Shown: positions 53,775-64,000 of the stretch, in pieces | Layout of the letters: each line of letters opens with the position of its first letter | Numbering within the stretch: the stretch's first letter is position 1 | NCBI GenBank assembly: GCA_964057225.1 | Contig: OZ059895.1 | Span: forward strand, 8,556,001 to 8,620,000 | Length of the DNA stretch: 64,000 nucleotides | DNA from: Auanema rhodensis | Taxonomy: Eukaryota; Animalia; Nematoda | Direction of reading: 5' to 3' | Translations under genes and position numbers: made by a program | The notes under the pieces: generated by a model | The model's input: the letters and a program-made list of their open reading frames with translations, nothing else | Told to the model about the DNA's origin: nothing | Databases searched by the model: none

Positions 53775-55620
53775 TTATAAAGTAACATCATTTAATGAAT
53801 TAATTTCACTACTTGTTTCATTTTCCTATAAATATTATTTTAACTATATCATATAATTTATATAATCTTACACATTCTTTATAGGACGAACTTTCTGCTA
53901 TTGTTGATAATCGTTTAACACGAGCACTCTCGGATGTTTCGTCAGAATTTCCCTATAATTGCTTTATTTAGATTTCTTAAATCAAAACTAGTTGTAGCTT
54001 TAATAACAGGATATATTGTTAAAAATTTTTTTTAAATTCAAAAATACTGAAATTACTAAAAAAATATTTTTACCAATTCTAGTTTATCATATGTTCGCGT
54101 ATCATCTTCCTCTTCAATACCATCTGTCACCCATGCCATTCCTTTCCATACCTAGTAATTATCAAAATTAAAAATCTATTAAGCTAAAGCTTATTAAGTT
54201 TATTTCAAAACTTTTTCTTTTTGAATATTTACCTGATGCATTATATGAACGGCTGGAGCTAACATTGCTACAGTTGCTCGTGATTCTTGCCTATAACATT
54301 GATCTTTTTTCCAAAAAAATTCATAAACACTTTGAAATACCTAAGAGGTGCTCGAACTTGGCCATCTTCTGATGTTGCAAAGCTCTGAGCATGTGCTTGC
54401 ATTCGAGCTCGCAAACCTGTCATTTTTGGTGATGAAGTACCATCTGGAGGAATAGGATACATCTCTTGAATATGCTCCTGAAATACATAAAAAGCTTTTA
54501 GAGCAAAAACGTTTTTGTTTCAAATTTTATGAAACGAATCCCCTATTTCAAGTTAGCATGTTGTTTAAGTCTTTTCAAACTATATTGGTATAGATCAGTT
54601 AACTAGCTAATTGTGCAACACGCTCTGCTAGCAATAGCCAAGCCGGACAGAGAAGAAGTCGTATCCGGACTCATCTTCTATCGATACCCATGGTTTCCTT
54701 GATGCACAATTCAAATGAATATACTAAAAGAATACAAGAAAACGAAAATTAAAAAATATTGGATAGGGGGGGGGGTGGTATTACATATAAACGAATTGGC
54801 TGGATAAAACATGTGCCGTTTTAATCTAAATCTCAACATAAAGTTTGAGCATGCTGCTATTATTTCTCATCAACTAGACTTTAGTCGGTTGCAATCGTCA
54901 TGAACTATTTAGTTTCATTGCCTCATTAATTGACTAGAGTAGATCTCAAAGTCGTGCCAATGAGGCGCGACAACAACGAAATGTTCAGCCTAATAGGCAT
55001 AAAGCAGCTCATGCTGCTGTACAAGTTGTCTTTCATTCAAACCGAGTTGTACCCTTTTCATAACTACAAACATAACCTACGTGAAGTAATATGCAGAAAC
55101 GAGTATACCAGCCTGGATTCGGACAAGCTCCCGGATTTGCTATACATAAGGCACATGCCAGCATTGTTCCTAGAAATATTAAAGATCACTTCATTATTTC
55201 AAGATATCATAGAAGATTGTTGTCACTACTCTAAAGCACTTTGTAATTTGACATTTGCAGATAGAAAAAAAAACTGAATAATGAAAAATATTATAAGTCT
55301 TAGACAGAAAACCCGACGGAAATTCAAAAATCGGAAGAAATCATACGATGATGTAGAAGCTTAAGAAGAAAAAAAATTTTCTCTATGCAATCTACACAAT
55401 GTCAATCATTCTAAAGTAATTTTGAGAATTTATGTCAAATAATTATTAAAAAAAATAATTTTTTAACGTATATACTAATTAAAAACTTCTTCTTACCAAC
55501 AATACATAACAATACTATGTATAGACCGAAATTATACATTTCTAGATCTATGATGGCCAATGTAACACAGGAGCACATAATGATAAATAAGAGCAAAATG
55601 GCCAAACAAGCATAAAACAT
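53775..55620 (-). CDS. Small two-TM membrane protein of unknown function; true start uncertain
   Basis: Phase-compatible exons: MFYACLAILLLFII...LLCIVG|TMLACALCIANPGACPNPGWYTRFCILLH|EHIQEMYPIPP...|QESRATV...|VWKGMAWVTDG...|...NDVTL*. Confidence 0.6.
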
Positions 55621-57948
55621 TCTGTAATAAAATAATAAATATAATAAAAAAATTTATATTTAAATTTAAAAAAATAATAATATTATATTGAAATGTATTA
55701 ATTAATATTATATAACAGATAGAAGGAATGAAAAGTATGTTTCAGTTTGAATTAGAAATCATTTGCAACGGTTTTTGGCTGCGGATTGACGGACATCCTT
55801 GAAGCCCGGAGAACAATTGATGAGCCAAAGAAGGATAATTTGAAAAAGAACAAGTGAGCAATAAGAACATGTAAGAGAATGAAAAAGAAAAAGAGTCATG
55901 TAAAGCTCAATACTTCACTTTGTTAGTTAGTTCAATGAGAAGCTCTATTTCATGATTGATGAAAGATTATCTAACCTTTTGAAGTGGATATGCTTGTATT
56001 GCTCTTCTTTTTTTTCAAAAATTGTAAACAGTAAACAATAATGTTGTCAGATGTCAGAACACCTAATGATTGACAATGTAGTCTTTTCCTTGGTATTCTA
56101 TTTGTAAAAAAAGTTTAAAAAATCGTAGAATTTTCTAATTTTAACTATTTTTACGAAAAATATTATCAGAAATTGCATTTAAATACAAAGAGAAATGGTG
56201 GATAACGCCCAATTTTCCTGTTTTCACATAAAAGCTAGCATTTTGACGAATTGAATAGTCAATAGGTAAGCTGAATAATTTTTGAACTTTACACCCTTAG
56301 ACATGAATGCCTGTCGAACATGTATGCTGTCCATTGTCAAGAAATCCATAAATTAAGAATTTTATAAGCAAAACTATATAAAATAGAATTTATTTTCTAT
56401 TTCTCAAGCTTATTTATCTCTGAAGCTGTTGATCGAAGACGAAACATGTGATAAAGCTTTATAAGAAGATGAGCTTATGAAGTCAGATATTGTTAAATTT
56501 GAAATATTCAATTAATACACAAATAATTATCTAATATAAAGCAACAGCTAAAGATTATTTGAAATTTAGAATAATAAAATAAAAAAAAAGTTGAATAGTT
56601 CAGGAACTACTTTGCTAATCTATATTTATTATTTTTTGGTTTAAAAATAGAAAAAATAAGAAAGAAATTGAAAGAAAAATTTTTTTGAATTAGAATTATT
56701 AATATGTTATGGAAAATTAAGAAAAATATATAGTTTATATATAGTTAATATATAAATAAATAAATTAAAAATGAATCTATTAAATAGATTTGAAGAATAT
56801 ATGATCTTTCTTTAATAGGTCAGAAGAATAATCGGTTAAAGATGTGAGAACTTTTCCTTTTTGGTTTTAGATCAGAATTATCCAGTAAACTGCCAAAGAA
56901 ATTGGATATGAAGAGAACTGAATGATGCAACCGCTTGGCATGTAGATCAACCAGAAAATTGAAAATGTTCTTTTCATAAAAGAATATATCATAGAAGTTA
57001 TCATCATACTATTTCATTTGAAAACAGCTTAAAAGATCAAAAAATTTCAAATTATTTGAATAATATATTCATGATTTAAACGAATACTTTCAAAACTTTA
57101 ATTAAGAGAAAATGAAAGAAGAAGAAGAAGAAGAATGTGAAAAATGGAAGGAAAACCTAAATTTTAGTTGGAATGAGCATGAGCTCTAACAAAGCGTTAG
57201 TTCTACGACTGGCAAGTGACTCATCTATACATAGTAATAAGAAGAACTCAAAGACAAAAATGGCTCTGAGAACCATCTAAACATAGCGTGATAGCAAAAG
57301 AAGCCTATTTTTCTTAATCGGAAAGAGAAAGAGAAGCTGAGTCTTGATGAAACATGTGTATCTCGTACAAAGAAGGGGTGGAGAAACAGAAAAGAGATCT
57401 AATGAAGTCTCAAGGATGTATTCAATATCTGAAATCTCTCTTCTTTCTTTTTTCCATTTTTTAAAACTAATTTTTATTTCTGTTTATGGTTTGTATGTTT
57501 GTCATTTTCATCTCTTTTTGTTTTGTTTTCTTTTATAATATTTTTCATTTAAATATATTTATATAAAATAGTAATAGGTATTAAAGTACGTGTGAAGTTG
57601 ATGATAAAGAATAAAGATGAAAAAGAAGATGAAGCATATGAAGATGAACGAACGTCTCTTTGTACCTCTAAATACGTTTTCCTTCTTCGACTTCAACTTC
57701 TTTGTATTTCAATTCTGCTTATGGCTTCTAGCTATGAGACAATAGAGTGGCCCATTAAGAGACAAATTGAGAGGTACCTAGAGAGAGGTAGAGCTCCAAG
57801 TGAAAGCTAAAGATGAAAAGAGAGGACTTATTATGTGCTTCTAAAAAGTATATGTTCAGCCATACTTATGTAATTCTTAGAATTTTTTTATTATATGACA
57901 TAAGTAACCATAGAAAGATAGAGAGAGAGGGAGAGGGGGAGAGTGAAG

Positions 57949-57967
57949 TATATATATATATATATAT

Positions 57968-58041
<74 letters not shown>
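57949..58041. repeat. Compound (TA)n-(GA)n microsatellite
   Basis: Read directly. Confidence 0.95.
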
Positions 58042-58864
58042 AGCCAAGTAATATAAGAGTACATTGTGAGGGAAATAATTATTATTTCTTTCACAATCTA
58101 CCTACATACATGCTTATATATATATTTAGAAACATACTAGAATACTATCAAATAGAAAGGATTTTTCAATATAAATTTATATATTCTTATTAAGATATAA
58201 TGAAGTTTTTAATCCAAAGAAGTAAAAAATATTAAAAAATTTCTTCAAAATTTGCCGATAATGAAGATGACTTGTTGAAGTTTGAGTTTGAATAATACAA
58301 GCTTCTTGTTCAAAAAAGAAGAAGAAGAAGAATTCAAAAGCTTTAGTAGAATAGAATAGGAACGAACGAACGAACACAAAGATTAGAACAAGTATATGAA
58401 TGAAAAGATAAAAAATTAAAAAAAAGTGAAAAAAACAACAAAAAAAGGGAATATAAGAGATAGAGAGGGAGTATAGAATGATGAGAGTGTAGACATGAAG
58501 ACGAAGACAGGAAGAGAGGCAGGAAAGGGAAACTAATTGAACGACTTTCATCATTTAAACGAGAAATTCATATAATCATCTTAACTTCTCAACAGAATTA
58601 CTGTTAACGGAAACGATATTTCTGATATTTTTCATTTTTCATGAAAAAAATTGATAAGATACAGATGTAGTTGTTCATTTCAGAAAGAAAAATATCAAAG
58701 AAAATGAAATTTTTGAATGACGAAGGCAAATTTTCCTAAAATACGAAACGTTTTCAGAAAATTGTAGTCGTTTGAAATATGATAAATGCTATATTTATCA
58801 GAAAAAAAATAATATTTAAGATATGAACGTGTTAAGAAAATGTTTCGAAAAGTCTATTTCTCCC

Positions 58865-58866
<2 letters not shown>

Positions 58867-58949
<83 letters not shown>
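58867..58949. repeat. (CT)n microsatellite
   Basis: Read directly. Confidence 0.95.
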
Positions 58950-58951
<2 letters not shown>

Positions 58952-60249
58952 TTCTTTCTTTCTCAATATTCCCATTAATTTCAATAAATTTATTTATCAA
59001 TTTGGAAAAAAATTTTCTTATTTTCAAGCTGAATATGCTGAAAATGAAGAAATTGGATATCATGAGAACTGATCTTAGTTGCAACTTTAGTACATTAATC
59101 TAGTTATCTGTGAATGAATTTGCTTGATTACATTTATAGTTTCATAACTATGCTTAACTATATATACATATAAGTATAATAAGATAATTAATATAATTAA
59201 CAAGACAAGTATGTTTTAAAGTATAAAAGACAGGTTTTCAATTTTATTTTATAAAAATTTAATAGAAATGTCCCCTGATGATTAAGAACATCTAGATATT
59301 CTCCGGAAAAATATTGTGGAGGACAAGCAGCGGTATTACTCAGTTTTAGTCGAGATTCAGAATAATGTGACAAATTTGTTAGAACACCCGATGAACGCCA
59401 TTTGGAAAAGTTCTTCCACTCTGTGAAAATAGAGGGAAACGCGATATTAGCACAGAATAACTAGTGAAAATAAGAATTAAACACTGGAAACATGGAGGAT
59501 AACGGGATGAGAATCAGGGAAAGAGAGGGAGAAAGAGGTGTGAGGAAAGAGAGAGAAGCATAGATTGAGAAGATGTTGGATGTGCGTGTGAGTAGATGGA
59601 AACAGGAGAGCATCCCGTGCCTTTGGGGCTAATTGGCTCAAGTTTACGATGGGTGTCATCCAATTCTGGATTATATGCATCCGTCTTGTTGGCTGTTACA
59701 GAGCAAAAAAATGCTGAGGATGAGCTTCCATACCTAAGAAGAACGATCTCAGGTAACAACTCAGCTGGCTATTCATTCAATGAACTTTGAGAAAAAATGT
59801 TTTCCACAAGCCCAGAAATTACTATAATGCAACTTGTTTTAAGATATTAGATAGGATTCACTAACTCATTAAAGTTTTTTTGCTTCTAAATATAGAAAAA
59901 AGAAGGAACTTGTTGAAGGAGAAACACATTTTTTTTTGGACTTTTTCGTAATGTTGAATCAAATGTCGACATAGGAGGCATGAGATCCACAAAAAAATTG
60001 AAAACGACACAAGTTCAATAGTGAAAAAAGAAAAAAAAGAAAGTGAATGAAGTAGATGTACGCATTAATTCACGTCTGAAGCCGACGTGTCCTTCCGTAG
60101 TTGCCTAGAGCATCAGTTTTTCCATGTCTTAACTATTCTTATTGAAGCTAGCTTGTCAACGACACCACCAACACAGATAGACATATACACATATAGATGT
60201 ATGTATATAACTATACTAACATTCTTATATAGGGAAAATTCTAAAAGAA

Positions 60250-60255
60250 AGAGAG

Positions 60256-60300
<45 letters not shown>
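60250..60300. repeat. Imperfect (GA)n microsatellite
   Basis: Read directly. Confidence 0.9.
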
Positions 60301-60301
<1 letters not shown>

Positions 60302-63300
60302 GGGAGGGGTAGTACCAATCTATAGAGAGAAAACGAACGATTCTATTATAATAATTAAATGGAAATATGGAAATATAGAATCGAAAATGAAAATAAAAGA
60401 TATTAGAAGCAGAGATGTCGTGGAAACAGAAGATGAAGAAATACCAGTGATGGTGTGACTACCGATAAAGCTTCTCGAATGAAAAATAAAACATGAAAAT
60501 TTCAAAAGAGTTGTGCCTTACATATATGGTTAATCCGTAACAATGAAATAAACAAAACAATAATAACAACAACAACAATAACAAACTTGAAGCATATACA
60601 TAGATAGATAGATATGTTTATATAGTTAAATTACTGTAATATATAATAATAAATAATCAATAAACAGTATAAAATATTGAAATGAGAAAAAAACATAAGG
60701 AAAACAAGCTATTTAGGGAAAAAAACATAAAAGTGAGGGAGATATATTGAAGATATAATTGAAGAAAAACGAAAAAGGATATGATTATTTGATCTGTGTA
60801 CATCTTCTTCTATCCTCAACCACTTTAACGTTCATGCCCTTTTCTAACCAACCATCAACATTAACTCAAAAAAGATGTAACATTAGCTAATAAATATAAA
60901 ATCATTATCTATCTATTTATCTAATCATCATAAATTTTTATTTTTTAAATTAAATAAACAATTATATTTTCTTTTTTTTTCATAAATATATACATATAGT
61001 TAAATTTCTAAATCTATTTAATTAAATAAATGATGTTAAAGATGATATTTATAAATACTTTTTATAATAGTTAAAGAAAACATATAGATAAATACATATA
61101 GTTAGATTTAATATATTTAAATAAAATAAGAAAAATAAAGAGATAAGACTGTTTTGAGTTGATGAAAAATACATCAAGAAGTAGAGAATCATATAACTTA
61201 TATGAAATTAACGATTGAAAATACCTAATTACAACATGAAATCTGATACTACTTAGGATATTCGTTTTCTATTCATTTTTCAAGTTTCTTCATCGTTTTT
61301 TTTTTATTTTTTTCTGTTGTAAATTGTATATTTAAATAATATTTTATTTAAAATATAATTTATATATTTATAATTAAGATAACTATGTATTTATATAGAA
61401 ATCATTAGTTAAATTAAATATTAGTTAAATTAAAATGCAATATATTTAAATATTTTTAAATTTATTTAATAAAAAAAATAAATAAATTTTAAATTATATG
61501 TTATAAATAAATTGTAATTTTTTTTTTAAATATAAAATATAATATAACAAAATAAAAAATTATAAATAATAAATATTATATTTAAATATTCGAGATAAAA
61601 GAAATATCTAATTATATTAATTATTTTAAATATAAATTTTCCATTTTATTAGTATTAATATATATTAAAATATTTTAAACTATATTTATAAAAAAATATT
61701 TGAATTTGTATGTATAAATGCTTCATTCCAGCATTCTTCTTCGGCGATTATGTTGCTCTATGATTCTTCATCCCCCTAATTTGCGTAATTATTCATCTCT
61801 GATTCAATGGAAGTTTCCAAAAATTGATTTATTCGTTTATATATAATATATATATATTTAGATAATAGTTGATCAAAAAAAGATTAAATTTAAGTTTAAA
61901 TTAAGTTAAAAGATCAGATAATTCAATATCATAATTGATTATACATATAAATATTTATTCAAATAAATATTATATTATTTATAATAAAAATAATTATATA
62001 AACAAAACAAATTTTTTATTATCTTTTGAAACATTTGTATTTTATTATTATTTTTATATATTAATCTATTATAATATTATTTATATAACTTCATTAACTA
62101 TTTTAAAATTTAAAAAAAATTGTGAATAAGTGAATTTTCCTTTAATTTTTTAAAACCAAGTTTCATTGCATGGAAATAGATAGAAGAAGAAGCTTCACCA
62201 ACAATATTAAGATGGTTTATGAGTTTTACAGCTGCTCATTAGAGCTTTTCATGGCAAATACTTGGACGTCACCAGCCAGATGTGAGAACAGAGCAGGAAA
62301 ATTTAAATTTCACTTTAGACATCTGCAGTTAACTTATTTTCATTTTTGTCAACTTTAACGTATTTATCGTCGTTTTTGCTTATTTTTGTTTAAAAAAAGA
62401 AAAATAAAATAATAAAAATTTGTTTATTTATTAGATCTTCTAATATACATTTCGTTTCATTACTAAATTTTTTGGGGCTAAGACCAAAGAAATACAATGA
62501 AATCTGTCATCGTATGTTCTCTGATACGAAAACAACTTCAAACTCTGAGAATTCACATCAAGTCAGCCACTACTATCTCAACCACCGGAATCATATGCGC
62601 CCCACGAGGCCAGATAACGTCAGATAATGTTATGAGCGGATATTTAGAGAGAAGCAGAGAAGAATGTGATCCATATAAAAGCTAAGAAGAAGTAGAAGAA
62701 GAGAGAGGGGGTGGTGGAAGTAAAATCGTAAATGCTTTTCATAACATGTGTACTGAATAGAAGAGAAAACAACAAAAAAAGATGTTTGTTGTACGAATAA
62801 AGAAGTTTTTAAATATTCTTTTAACCATATTATATCATTTATAAATTATTTTTTAAATAAAATATAAATTAATTATGTTTAATTGAGAATTTTTGCCTAA
62901 GACCTAAAATCAAAAAAATCTATTTGAATGTTTAACCAAATATTTCAATTCCTTTTAGTTATTTTTACATAAATTCTATTTATTATTATAATTGTTTATT
63001 GTTTATTTAATATTTCTTAAAATATAATTAACTATAATACTTTAAATACCCCCCCCCCCCCATTCTCCTTTCTTACAGCCCTGTTCTTTGCCACATTTGG
63101 ATAACAAGAGAAGTATATACAGTATTCTTAATATATTTTTATTATAATTATAATTTATTTATATATTAATATTAGATATACTATCAATCAAGTTTACGAA
63201 ATCTTTTTTTCTGTAACTCTTTTACTGAAAATGATTCTTTTCCCTGTCGTCGTATGTCTTTTCACTTGTAGAGAAAGAGGGTGGAAGAGTGGGAGGAAGG

Positions 63301-63357
63301 TCCCGAACCGACTAAACTGAGATGTTGACCTTCCCTTGGGAATTAGACCAGAGTTGC

Positions 63358-63369
63358 AGAGAGAGAGAA

Positions 63370-63442
<73 letters not shown>
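63358..63442. repeat. (GA)n microsatellite
   Basis: Read directly. Confidence 0.95.
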
Positions 63443-63446
<4 letters not shown>

Positions 63447-64000
63447 AATATGAAAAGAGAGCCTGCTTTAAGAGTAAGAAGAGAGAAAGGAATGGCACAG
63501 AAGTCTTTGAGATTGGCTAAAGCTCAGATACAAGTGTATATTGAGAGAATGAGAGAAACATGGAAATAGAGAGGAGGGCTTCAGAGAGTTTTAAGGATAT
63601 GGCACAAGACATATAATAAGGAAAAAAGCAACAGTAGGCTTCAATACACATACGTCGTATGACATGTATTTTCTTGTATTTGAATACATATTCCACAAAT
63701 GCCATGCTTCAGCTATTAGAACTTCATCCAATACAATGCTTTAGCTGCATCTTCTTCTTTCAAAGTCTGTTTGCAGTTGCCAATATTGAAGATGAAACAT
63801 TTCAATTTATCCATTCATCATCAATGCTACCTAACCATTTTTCAGGTTATAATCTTATTGTAGAATCAGCATAATTCTTAGTAATATAGTCTTAAAATAA
63901 CTATCTAATTTAAGTTAATTCATGTGTTTTCTTGAATGACTACATGATGACTGATACCAAATGTTATGGAGAAAAAGCCAGATGCCATTTCAATTTGAGA

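Noticed and set aside
54925-54955. TGACTAGAG resembling the miR-44/279 family seed
   Set aside because: No convincing complementary arm to form a precursor hairpin.
59477-59790. Overlapping short ORFs in a higher-GC island
   Set aside because: No family motifs or consistent splice structure; cannot be supported as coding.
63048-63061. Poly-C run (and poly-G near 54766) as G-quadruplex elements
   Set aside because: The runs are short and isolated, with no supporting context.
57891-63569. ORFs with SLSL or ERER runs (also at 1712 and 9889)
   Set aside because: Translation artefacts of (GA)n/(CT)n microsatellites.
1-64000. CRISPR arrays, tRNA/rRNA genes, telomeric TTAGGC arrays
   Set aside because: None recognised by eye; only isolated TTAGGC hexamers occur. 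A tRNAscan/Rfam run would be needed to exclude small RNAs.

Overview
AT-rich eukaryotic genomic DNA, almost certainly from a nematode, judging by the gene families, dense ~40-55 nt GT-AG introns and operon-like spacing. The species cannot be fixed from the sequence. The ends (about 1-4.7 kb and 56-64 kb) are gene-poor and rich in (GA)n. The core (about 4.8-55.6 kb) holds about 17 intron-rich genes: a TWK two-pore K+ channel, two secreted proteins of unknown function, an acyl-CoA thioesterase, GPN2, Ariadne (ari-1), prp-31, a Cys-loop chloride channel, an SLC17 transporter, a divergent MYST acetyltransferase, RRP7, PTCD3/mS39, a Ly6 protein, a type I membrane protein, mrpl-15 and two small genes. 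The standout is 13828-19502. Hand splicing gives one continuous reading frame over about 34 short introns, encoding a full-length Polinton/Maverick-type protein-primed DNA polymerase B homolog. Its exonuclease and polymerase catalytic motifs are all degenerate. The inserted VSR-like endonuclease, the OTU-like Cys/His pair and the zinc-binding modules are kept. No integrase, ATPase, capsid gene or terminal inverted repeat is visible nearby. It looks like a domesticated virus-derived pseudo-polymerase/nuclease host gene. All gene models were spliced by eye, so some boundaries may be off by a few bases.
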